Shown here one piece after another: positions 53,595-64,000 of a DNA stretch of 64,000 nucleotides. Under the pieces are notes generated by a model. It saw only the letters and a list, made by a program, of their open reading frames with translations. It searched no databases and was not told the origin of the DNA. The position numbers were made by a program, and so were the translations under genes. Origin of the DNA: Kofleriaceae bacterium (GTDB lineage Bacteria; Myxococcota_A; Polyangia; Haliangiales; Haliangiaceae); contig CBDCCZ010000042.1 in the NCBI GenBank assembly GCA_965215005.1, positions 192,001 through 256,000 on the forward strand, given 5' to 3'. The first letter of the stretch is position 1. The number at the start of each line of letters is the position of its first letter.

Positions 53595-54461
53595 TCAGGC
53601 CGCACCGGCTCTTGCCCCGGCAGTGGATCGCGGGGCGGAAAGATCGGCGGTGGCTTCATCGACCGCGCGGTCGGCGATAGCTGCCCCCCAGATCAAGAAC
53701 GTCACCAGCCACAGCGTCGGCGGCCACACCATGTACTCGGGAAAGATCCACAGGATGCCGCACAACACCCCAAGGGCGACATTGATGAACACAAAGATGT
53801 TGGCCGCTTTGGAGCGCATCACGCCGATCTTGGGCATGCGCAGCGACGAGGACATCAAGTAGCCGCCGATGATCAGCGCAAGCGGGGTGAGCTGCCAGAT
53901 GAATGACGGGGTTACGAAGTCGCCAAACAGCTTGAAGCCGCCAAACGTCTCACCGGGCATCGCGTACTTGTTGAGCGCCAAGTACCAGATCATGAGCCAG
54001 CCGCCGGCAAGCGTGGTGGGGACGCCAAAAAAGATCTTTAGCGCCCCCGGATGCTGCTCGACGTCGGGCGTGATGTTGTAGCGAGCGAGGCGAAACGTGG
54101 CGCCAAAAATCCATACCGCCGACGACAACATCAGCAAGATGCGCCCGGTGCCGCTGTCAAACGGCGGCGACTGGCCAAGCGAGGTGTAGAGCAAGAACGC
54201 CGGCGCGACACCGAAATTGAGCATGTCGGCGAAGCTGTCGAGCTGCACGCCAAGCTCACTGGTCCCGCGCACTGCCCGCGCGACCAAGCCATCGAGGCGA
54301 TCGGTGAGCACCGCCCAGATGATCAGCCACGCGGCGGTGATGTGACGACCTTCATAGCTCGCCACCAGCGACAACAAGCCAAACGTGAGGCTGCCGGTGG
54401 TGATCAAGTTCGGCGCCAGGTAGCGCATCGCGCGCACGACGGAATGTTGGCCGGTTCTCAC
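53595..54461 (-). CDS. pssA: CDP-alcohol phosphatidyltransferase (phosphatidylserine synthase-like); C-terminus possibly frameshifted
   Basis: PNLIT, DRLDGLVAR...GVQLDSFADMLNFGVAP, RLARYN, FFGVPT. Confidence 0.85.
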   Translation of the reverse strand: MRTGQHSVVRAMRYLAPNLITTGSLTFGLLSLVASYEGRHITAAWLIIWAVLTDRLDGLVARAVRGTSELGVQLDSFADMLNFGVAPAFLLYTSLGQSPPFDSGTGRILLMLSSAVWIFGATFRLARYNITPDVEQHPGALKIFFGVPTTLAGGWLMIWYLALNKYAMPGETFGGFKLFGDFVTPSFIWQLTPLALIIGGYLMSSSLRMPKIGVMRSKAANIFVFINVALGVLCGILWIFPEYMVWPPTLWLVTFLIWGAAIADRAVDEATADLSAPRSTAGARAGAA

Positions 54462-54462
54462 T

Positions 54463-54918
54463 TCAACCTTCGCTTTCTTGCTCGCGCTCGTCACTGCCCG
54501 AAGGAGTAGCGCGCTCTGCAGCACGTTGCATGAGCTTGGAATACAGCCGCTGGCCCAAGCTCTCGATCATCAGCTTCTCCACCACTCGCTCGACGTGGGC
54601 ACGCTCGTTGGCGTCGATATAAACGAAGCGAATGCCCAAGCCAGGCTCGCCCGTGCGCTCGTCGGTGCCGCACCACTGCACTTGCCCGCGCACCCGCAGC
54701 GGCTCAGCCAAGGTCGGGACATATAGCTTGAAGAGCAGCTCCGTCCCAGCGGCCATCACGGCGTCGGTGCGGATGAAGGTTCCGCCCCTGGAGATGTTGC
54801 GAGTGTAGTCGGCGAAAAAGGTGTTGAGTCGCTGATACTCGATCTTTAGCTCGACGGGCTGGCGCTGATGCGCGCGCCGATCGTCGCGCTCTGGCCCTGC
54901 CTCGGCGTCATCGCCCAT
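54463..54918 (-). CDS. PilZ-domain protein (myxobacterial TIGR02266 type)
   Basis: RRAHQR (RxxxR), NISRGG (D/NxSxxG), GLGIRF. Confidence 0.9.
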   Translation of the reverse strand: MGDDAEAGPERDDRRAHQRQPVELKIEYQRLNTFFADYTRNISRGGTFIRTDAVMAAGTELLFKLYVPTLAEPLRVRGQVQWCGTDERTGEPGLGIRFVYIDANERAHVERVVEKLMIESLGQRLYSKLMQRAAERATPSGSDEREQESEG

Positions 54919-54955
54919 GTCGTCGCCCCTCACGAACGCGCACTGTAAAGGAGTC

Positions 54956-55010
54956 GTCGCGCTCACGCCACCGAGCCGAGCGACTGGACTCGTGGTTGAC
55001 GGTCAAAGTC
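54956..55010 (+). repeat. Degenerate copy of the 5' part of the dispersed element
   Basis: gtcgcgctcac-gcca-ccgagcc...ctcgtggttgacggtcaaagtc vs the reverse complement of 27246-27291. Confidence 0.45.
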
Positions 55011-55131
55011 TCGCATGACGAATGCCCGCACCGGCGGTGGAGTCGCCGCGATGGGCTGCCATGATGAGCTCGCGGCGACGTCGTAGCGCCGGCGGCCGGC
55101 GCGCCCGCGACGCTTGTGGCAAGCTCGGTCG

Positions 55132-57519
55132 ATGTCGCTCGACCCTGTGAGCCGCACCCGCGCGCTCCTGCGCGGCTGGCTGCGCTGGCGCCGGCGGTTG
55201 GTGTGGACGGTGCTCATCGCGCTCGCCGCCGCGGCACTCGCTGCAGTTCCGTTGCTGGACTTTCTCGGCTTTGGCTTCGCGTTCGCCACCGCGCTGCTCG
55301 CCGCGGTGGCCGCCGCCGACCTCGGTGCCGCTCGAGTGCGCCGTGCCCGCGCGTCCGCCGTTCAAACGCGTCCCGGGACCACAGTTCGGGATTTATGGCT
55401 TGCGGCGAGCATCGACGGTGTCCTGCTGCTCGTAGCACCGCTGCTCATCATCTCCGTCAACGCGCTGCGCGTTCGCAACTGCGACTGGTGGTTCGGGCTG
55501 CAATCCTACGTCCTCATGCCGGTGCTATCGGCGGTCTTGCTCAGCGGCGTCGGTGTGCTCTGCGGATTGCTCGCGGGCCCGCGACGACGGCTTTCGATCG
55601 CGCTGCCCTACCTGGTGGTGCTCGGCTCGATCGCGTTGTCGCTGTGGCGGTTCTACGCCGCGCCGCCGGTGTTCTCCTACAATCCCTTGGTCGGCTACTT
55701 TCCTGGCAACCTGTACGACGAAGACCTCGCCTTCGGCGCGCCGTTCTACTTCGCGCGGCTCTATCAGTTTGCCGGCGTGAGCGCGCTGCTGGCGCTGGCG
55801 GCGGTGCGGCTCGATGTTCCGCGCCTGGCGGTGCGGCTGCGCCAGCCGCGTCCCGCAAGCGGGCGCAGGCGACCACTCGCGGCGGCGCTGCTACTGGCAG
55901 CGCTCACTGCAGCCCTGTCCATGGAGTCTGGCAGCCTCGGCTTTGCCATCGATGAGGCCGAGCTGGCCAAGGCTCTTCCTGGCCGCTACGAGACCGAGCA
56001 TTTCGTCATTCACTATCCAGCGGGCGGCGACATCGCGCGCGACATCGCCGCGATCGCCGCGGACCACGAGTTTCGTCTTCAGCAAGTGGTTGCAACGCTC
56101 GGGGTGAGGCCTGCGGGCAAGATCACCTCGTTTTATTTCGGCGACGCGGAGCAGAAATTCCGCTTGATGGGCGCGCGCAACGTCTACATGGCCAAGCCGT
56201 GGCGGCACGAGATCTATCTCAATCACAGCTCGTTCCCGCACCAGATCTTGCGCCACGAGATCGCGCATGTCGTCGCCGGCGCCTTCGGTGGACCGATATT
56301 TGCCGTGAGCGCGCGCGGCCCCTTCGGGCTGCCGCTGTTCTTCAACGTCGGTCTCATCGAGGGCATCGCCGTTGCCGCTGACTGGCCCGATCACTTCACG
56401 CGCGAGCTCACCCCGCATCAATCGGTGAAAGCGATGAAGCAGCTCGACCTGGCGCCGCCGGTCGAGCAGGTGCTCTCGACTGGTTTTCTATCCCTTGCGT
56501 CCGCGCGCAGCTATACCGTCGCGGGCTCGCTGGTGCGATATCTGCTCGACCGCCATGGTGCCGAACGTCTGCGCACGCTGTATCGCACCGGCGGCGACTT
56601 TCGCCGCGCCTACGGTCGCTCGCAAGAGGTGCTGCTAGGCGAGTGGCAGCAGTTCATCGATGAAGAGGTAACCCTGCCGCCGCGCGCTGCCGAGATCGTC
56701 CGCGAGCGATTTCGCATGCCCAGCATCTTCGAGCGACCCTGTCCGCACGCCATCGCGCGCAAGCGGCGGCGAGCCGCTGAAGCGGTCGGGACCGGCGAGG
56801 CCGAGCAAGCGGTCCGCCTACTGCAGGAGGTGTGCAGCGCGGTGCCGGGTGAGCCGAGCTATCGGCTCGAGCTGGCCGGGGTAATGGCAATTGCTGGCCT
56901 GAAGGACAAGGCCGCGGCGATCTACGAACAGCTCGCCAACGTCGAAGAGCTATCCTCCTCGGTGCGTGCACAGGCGCTGGTGGGGCTGGCCGACCTATCC
57001 GCGCGCGCTGGCAATTTCGCCAGTGCAGCCGAAATTCTGGCTCGCGCGGAGACGCTGCCGCTGCCGGACGACGAGCTCCGCAACGTGGTTGCCCGGCGAC
57101 TGGCAGCGCTGCACCAGGGCGCGAGCGCGCCGGCGCTGCGGGCGTATTTCTGGGGCGCCAACCCGGCGTATGGCTATGACGCGCTGGCGCTGATGGGCCG
57201 GGCCGCTCGCGCCGTGACCCTCGAGCCGACGCTGGGCCTGGGGCACTACCTGCTTGGCCGCAACCTCACCGGCCATGGTGCGCCGGCGGAGGCAGCGGCC
57301 GAGCTGGAGCTGGCCCTCGAGCTTGGGCTGCCGGACTCGCTATTCGTCCGCGAAGCGGCGCGCCAACTCGCCGAAGCGGCGTACTTGGCCGGCGACGCGC
57401 GGGCGGTGCAGAAAGCCGCCGCGATCCTGCTGGCGCCGGAGCAGCCGCGGGTAACGCGGCTCTACGGGCAAGACTGGCTCGATCGGTTGGCGTGGGACCG
57501 CGCCCGCGGGTCGGACTAG
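55132..57519 (+). CDS. Multi-TM protein with gluzincin-like peptidase domain and C-terminal TPRs
   Basis: About seven TM helices; TEHFVIHY; RHEIAH followed by EGIA; helical repeats. Confidence 0.7.
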   Translation: MSLDPVSRTRALLRGWLRWRRRLVWTVLIALAAAALAAVPLLDFLGFGFAFATALLAAVAAADLGAARVRRARASAVQTRPGTTVRDLWLAASIDGVLLLVAPLLIISVNALRVRNCDWWFGLQSYVLMPVLSAVLLSGVGVLCGLLAGPRRRLSIALPYLVVLGSIALSLWRFYAAPPVFSYNPLVGYFPGNLYDEDLAFGAPFYFARLYQFAGVSALLALAAVRLDVPRLAVRLRQPRPASGRRRPLAAALLLAALTAALSMESGSLGFAIDEAELAKALPGRYETEHFVIHYPAGGDIARDIAAIAADHEFRLQQVVATLGVRPAGKITSFYFGDAEQKFRLMGARNVYMAKPWRHEIYLNHSSFPHQILRHEIAHVVAGAFGGPIFAVSARGPFGLPLFFNVGLIEGIAVAADWPDHFTRELTPHQSVKAMKQLDLAPPVEQVLSTGFLSLASARSYTVAGSLVRYLLDRHGAERLRTLYRTGGDFRRAYGRSQEVLLGEWQQFIDEEVTLPPRAAEIVRERFRMPSIFERPCPHAIARKRRRAAEAVGTGEAEQAVRLLQEVCSAVPGEPSYRLELAGVMAIAGLKDKAAAIYEQLANVEELSSSVRAQALVGLADLSARAGNFASAAEILARAETLPLPDDELRNVVARRLAALHQGASAPALRAYFWGANPAYGYDALALMGRAARAVTLEPTLGLGHYLLGRNLTGHGAPAEAAAELELALELGLPDSLFVREAARQLAEAAYLAGDARAVQKAAAILLAPEQPRVTRLYGQDWLDRLAWDRARGSD

Positions 57520-57547
57520 GGATCAAAGGCGCGCAAACGCCGCGGCC

Positions 57548-58066
57548 TCACATGCCGGAAAGAAATTTCCAGCGGTCGTTCTTCCACTCGAGGACGAACT
57601 GGTTCTGATCGCGCTTGTCCGGACGCTTTTCGAGTCCGCGGGCGTCGGCGACGCTGTAGCTCGCATCGAGGAGCACGTCGATATAGGCGCGACACCCCTC
57701 GCGGCTGTCATCATCGTCATCGGGGCATTGGCGCTCGATGTCCATGTAGCGAATCGAGTAGCGGATGTTGTCGGCCTTTTGAAAGCGCCCGCGCAACACC
57801 TCGAGAAGCCCTTCATAGCCGTAGTCGTCGCTGCCGCTGGGCGTGCCACCATCTTCCCAGTAATCCTCCGACGCCATCAACATGAGCGCCGCGGTGTCCT
57901 TGCGCTCAACCGCAATGCGGTATTCCTCGAGCGCCGCGATGATGTCGCGATTGTCTTGGGTGTCGGCCACCCGGGTTCCGGGAATGGTGGTCTGCTGCTT
58001 GGCGCAGCCTAACGAGTGGCCAGCGATAAGCAGCGCACAGAAAAACATGGCAGGAAAAGTTCGCAT
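57548..58066 (-). CDS. NTF2/SnoaL-like lipoprotein
   Basis: Lipobox SLGC; YRIAVERKD...SEDY; C-terminal WKFLSGM. Confidence 0.7.
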   Translation of the reverse strand: MRTFPAMFFCALLIAGHSLGCAKQQTTIPGTRVADTQDNRDIIAALEEYRIAVERKDTAALMLMASEDYWEDGGTPSGSDDYGYEGLLEVLRGRFQKADNIRYSIRYMDIERQCPDDDDDSREGCRAYIDVLLDASYSVADARGLEKRPDKRDQNQFVLEWKNDRWKFLSGM

Positions 58067-58131
58067 CAGGTTGCTCTTTCGAAACTCGGAGCCGGCATAA
58101 CGGCCGGCGACCAGAATCTATTCCGCGCACG

Positions 58132-59109
58132 CTACCCCAGCGGCTCCTCGCTCGCCAGCGCCGGCATTCGCCCGAGCTGGCGCCAACTCTGGAGCCGCGC
58201 CAGATAGTCGCGAAAGTTCTTTGCCGGGTTGTCGATCCCCGGCAGATACACGTCGGTGATTCGGGTGACGGTGAAGCGCAGCGCCGCGGCGCGCGCCTCT
58301 ATGTACAGCGCAGCGCGGTCGGCGGGAAGAAGCGGACGCAGCGTCTGGTAGCCGGCTAGTAGCGCGGCGATGCGGTCAACGCGAAAGCCACCGGCGTAGC
58401 ACCAATCGCTGATACAAACCGCCAAATCGTAGGCAAGCGAGCCCACCGACGCTTGCTCGAAGTCGATGAGCGCAACCAGCGAGTCGCCCTCGAAGAGCAC
58501 GTTGTCGCAGAACAGATCGCCGTGAATGATGCCGCGGGTGGCGCTGGCGCGCGCAGCGGCGTGGGCCTCGAGCCACTCGATCTCCTGCGCCAAGAGAGCC
58601 ACCACCGGCGCCAGCGCCGGCTCACCGCGGCGGCGCACCGACTCGAACCGGGCGACGATGTGGGCAAAGGTATAGATGCCCTGCCCCGGGTGGCTCGCAG
58701 CCAGCGGCAGGCCCGCCAAGTGCAAGCTCGCCAAGGCGCGGCCGAGCGCGCGGCAATCGTCGGTCGTGACGGTTTGCGGCACGCGATGCTCGCCGGGCAA
58801 CCACGGAAACACGCTCACCCACTGCGCGCGATGCTCGCTGTAGCGGCGCCCGTCGCGCGCCATCAGCGGCGATGGCGTCGGGACCCCAGCGGCCGCGAGC
58901 GCCGTGACCAGTGAGGCCTCATAGGCCACCATCGCTTCCGGCTTGCCTTCATTGATGCGCACAAAGTGACGCCCTGCGGCGGTCTCGACGGCGAAGTTGG
59001 AGTTGACGGTTCCAGCGGCAATAGGCCGCCAGGTGCGCACCGGGCCGAGCTCGAACGCCGTGGCGATGGCAGCGAGATCGACCTCGTTTAGCAGCGTGAA
59101 CGTGCCCAC
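58132..59109 (-). CDS. thrB: Homoserine kinase type II (APH fold)
   Basis: IAAGTVNSNF, GIIHGDLFCDNVLF, IDF, AALRF-x2-TR. Confidence 0.88.
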   Translation of the reverse strand: MGTFTLLNEVDLAAIATAFELGPVRTWRPIAAGTVNSNFAVETAAGRHFVRINEGKPEAMVAYEASLVTALAAAGVPTPSPLMARDGRRYSEHRAQWVSVFPWLPGEHRVPQTVTTDDCRALGRALASLHLAGLPLAASHPGQGIYTFAHIVARFESVRRRGEPALAPVVALLAQEIEWLEAHAAARASATRGIIHGDLFCDNVLFEGDSLVALIDFEQASVGSLAYDLAVCISDWCYAGGFRVDRIAALLAGYQTLRPLLPADRAALYIEARAAALRFTVTRITDVYLPGIDNPAKNFRDYLARLQSWRQLGRMPALASEEPLG

Positions 59110-59114
59110 GCGCG

Positions 59115-60242
59115 TTAGGCAGCCTGATCCGCCGCCGAACGCAGCGTTCCTTCGGTTTGGTAGCGCTCGAAGAGATTGCCCCAAGAGGTCTCGGCGCGCC
59201 AAGCGTCGAACACTTGGCGGTCCTTGAGCGGCCAGCGGTAGTAGTCGTGATAGAGCTCCGACCCTGCGACGAACACCTTGACGAGCGGGGTGTGAAAGAA
59301 CAGCTTTTGAAACCGCTTGAGCGGTCCAAACCACATCAGGTCGCCGATGCGCGAGGCGCCGTTGTCCCCCACCGAGAAGCCCCAACGCTCGTCGGCGAGA
59401 TGGGTATCACCCACGACCTCGATGTCCTCGCGCTTGCCTTTGCCCAGCCCCTGCTCGTGGGCCAGGCGGATGTACTCAAGGCTCATCGGATCGAACCCCA
59501 TCATCGCCGCGGCGACCGCATCGATGGCGACCTGATCGTCAGAGGCGAGCATCACATCTTTGATCACCGGCCGCATCGTGCGCGGCCCCGGCCCATCACC
59601 GGCAGTGGTGCCATCCATGACCGCAAACAGGCCGGAGTGGATTTCCTTTTGAATCGCCAGCAAGTCGACCAGCGTGGCGTGAATCCACGAGTGGGTGTAG
59701 TGACGCTTGGTGTTGAGCAGCCCGCCAAAGGCGTTTTTCATGGCGCCGGTGGTGGTGGTGTAGATGTGACACTTGACCGTGGGCAGATGAACGATGTTGG
59801 TGCCGTGAAAGTCGTCGGGAATGAGGATTCCCTCGGGATAGATGCGGTCGAGGACGTTCATCTTCGCTTTGGGCGTATAGATCGACCAACGCATGTCCTC
59901 GGGCTTGAAGTTGTAGCGAACCGGTACGCCGTACTCGCCAAAGATCGGCAAGTAGCCATTGAGGTCTTCGCCCTTGAAGGCATCGGTGACGACGGTCTTG
60001 TTCTGCACGCACACCTGATCGCGATAGCCACGCGCCGCTAGCGCCCGCACCGTCCCCTCTAGCTGCCAAGGGGTGGTATTGGCGCCGGGAAACGGGTAGT
60101 GCCAGGAGATGTTGTCCTTGAGGATCGTCTGTGCCGACGGCTCGAGCGCCCGCTCGACCTCGGCGAGCTGAAACAGGCGATCGATATCCTCGAGGACGGA
60201 GTCGGGTGCAACCCGAAGAACGGCGACCTTGGACCGGCTCAT
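59115..60242 (-). CDS. DUF362 family (Fe-S-associated) protein
   Basis: LKDN, LPTVKCH...TGAMKNAFG, MDGT..GDGPGP, DQVAIDAVAA..MGFDP. Confidence 0.85.
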   Translation of the reverse strand: MSRSKVAVLRVAPDSVLEDIDRLFQLAEVERALEPSAQTILKDNISWHYPFPGANTTPWQLEGTVRALAARGYRDQVCVQNKTVVTDAFKGEDLNGYLPIFGEYGVPVRYNFKPEDMRWSIYTPKAKMNVLDRIYPEGILIPDDFHGTNIVHLPTVKCHIYTTTTGAMKNAFGGLLNTKRHYTHSWIHATLVDLLAIQKEIHSGLFAVMDGTTAGDGPGPRTMRPVIKDVMLASDDQVAIDAVAAAMMGFDPMSLEYIRLAHEQGLGKGKREDIEVVGDTHLADERWGFSVGDNGASRIGDLMWFGPLKRFQKLFFHTPLVKVFVAGSELYHDYYRWPLKDRQVFDAWRAETSWGNLFERYQTEGTLRSAADQAA

Positions 60243-60340
60243 CGGGGCAAGGCTAACGCGATCACCCGCGCCTCGCCAGCGACGCGGCACGCAAGCGGCG
60301 CGCTGCTTGGCGGTCGCGGGACAACACTGGCGCCGGCGCA

Positions 60341-61483
60341 CTACCGCTGCGATATGCAGCCGTTTGCTGCGCTCGAGTCGAGAATCCAGTCGGCGACGCG
60401 ACCCCAGACGCGCTCGAATCGCTGGCGGTGGAAGTCGCTGCCGGAGGGGAGCCAGTCGGTGTGCCGCTCACCGGTGTCGTACTGGCCGACGACGTCGAGA
60501 TGGTCCGACGCCACGGTGTCGAGAACCTGGCCATAAATCTGGCTGAGGGCGGGGACCACCCCGTCATTGCTGCGCCGGGTGATCTCGAACCCGAGCTCAT
60601 CGTCGGTGCCGCTCAGAACGCCCTCGCCGGGATGCGGGTACGGATAGTGGCGATGCTCGCGGCTCGCCAGCGCGTAAAGAAGCGCGAACGCGGCATACAT
60701 CGTGAGCTTGGCGGGAGCGATGAAGGAGCTGAGCGCGACGGTGGTTAGCGGCGACGGCGCAGCGGTCACCACGCTGGCGTAGCGGACGCGCTCGCGGTCG
60801 ATCACCGCGGCATTGAAGAGATTCATGCTCTCCGGTGTGAGCTGGATGATCGCCCCCTGATCGGCTGCGACCTCGCGCAAGAATTCCCACATCGGATCGT
60901 CGGGATCGCGAGACACCCGCGACAGCGCGCGCTGCGCCCACGCATCGAGGAAGGTGTCGGTGCGGCCGAGATAGTCGTCCAGGTGGGCGATGGTCTTGAG
61001 GATGCGACTGACGGCATACAAGCCATAGCGGCCGCCCGTGGTCGTGGCCAGCACCGAGAGCAGCTCGAGCATGCGGCGCCCCGGCAGCGTCGTGAAGAAC
61101 CCCGCGAGGGGAGTGCCGTAATGCGGCGTTGAGACGGTGACGCACGAGCGGGTGGTCGCGCCGACCCGCTCCTCGATGTCGCCTTCGCGTAGGCGCACGC
61201 CCGGGGTGAGCATGAGGCGCAGATCGAGACCCCCGGTGGAGTGTCCGACGAAGTGCAGCTCGTCGGCCTCGAGCCCACCGCGCTCGCTGATCTCGTCGAG
61301 CAGCCATTCGGCGCGACGACGGATCGAGGCGGTGGGCTTGGTCGAACAGTCAAACACCTCCGCCTGCAGTCCACGCTGTGCGAGTGCCTCGCGCAGCACC
61401 TTGCTCACGCCCAAGAAGTAGTTCATCCCGCCGAGCTTGGTGAACCCGAAGAAGCCAGGCACGAGATAGACTTGGCAACGCAT
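60341..61483 (-). CDS. Alpha/beta-hydrolase lipase/esterase
   Basis: LVPGFFG, GHSTGG nucleophile elbow, STPHYGT, NDGVV, DHLD. Confidence 0.9.
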   Translation of the reverse strand: MRCQVYLVPGFFGFTKLGGMNYFLGVSKVLREALAQRGLQAEVFDCSTKPTASIRRRAEWLLDEISERGGLEADELHFVGHSTGGLDLRLMLTPGVRLREGDIEERVGATTRSCVTVSTPHYGTPLAGFFTTLPGRRMLELLSVLATTTGGRYGLYAVSRILKTIAHLDDYLGRTDTFLDAWAQRALSRVSRDPDDPMWEFLREVAADQGAIIQLTPESMNLFNAAVIDRERVRYASVVTAAPSPLTTVALSSFIAPAKLTMYAAFALLYALASREHRHYPYPHPGEGVLSGTDDELGFEITRRSNDGVVPALSQIYGQVLDTVASDHLDVVGQYDTGERHTDWLPSGSDFHRQRFERVWGRVADWILDSSAANGCISQR

Positions 61484-61553
61484 TCGCCCAGCAGTACGCA
61501 ACAGCGCCGCACGGCGCAACCCAATCGTCACGCGCTCGACCGCGCAGCTGCTC

Positions 61554-63071
<1,518 letters not shown>

Positions 63072-63226
63072 CGTTACTCCCCACGCCCGTTGGCGCGCAG
63101 GCGATCGGTATCACGTCCCGCTCACGGGTGGGCCCTCGACCTCTCAGCAATCCGCGGCAAATCTCGCCCACCGGCGCGCGCATTTCCCGGCGCGTCACGA
63201 CCGAGTGGCGGTCGCCGCGCGCTGCA

Positions 63227-64000
<774 letters not shown>

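Overview
GC-rich, gene-dense chromosomal segment, most likely from a myxobacterium (Myxococcota). Indicators are romR next to valS, a MYXO-CTERM protease, a TIGR02266-type PilZ protein, two Ser/Thr kinases and a sigma54 activator. Most of the ~50 CDS are housekeeping or envelope genes (valS, argS, pheA-hisC-aroA, modBC, ppc, proC, pssA, thrB, grxD fusion, DsbD-like, MBOAT pair). I saw no rRNA, tRNA, CRISPR array, transposase or integrase. Main points of interest: (1) a bacterial histone-fold protein with an N-terminal Cys/His zinc finger (45230-45787); (2) a dispersed ~60-150 bp palindromic repeat family with a covarying GNRA hairpin, with intergenic copies and copies read in-frame inside three proteins; (3) an orphan sigma28 (FliA/WhiG) plus a minimal FlgM anti-sigma next to a stand-alone MshEN c-di-GMP receptor, with no flagellar genes nearby; (4) a lower-GC PIN/excisionase-HTH toxin-antitoxin islet with a tandem operator; (5) a duplicated long bulged hairpin at 16616-16767; (6) a recurrent leaderless-promoter signature. 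All calls come from motif recognition by eye with no database searches. Start codons were often trimmed relative to the ORF track and are estimates.
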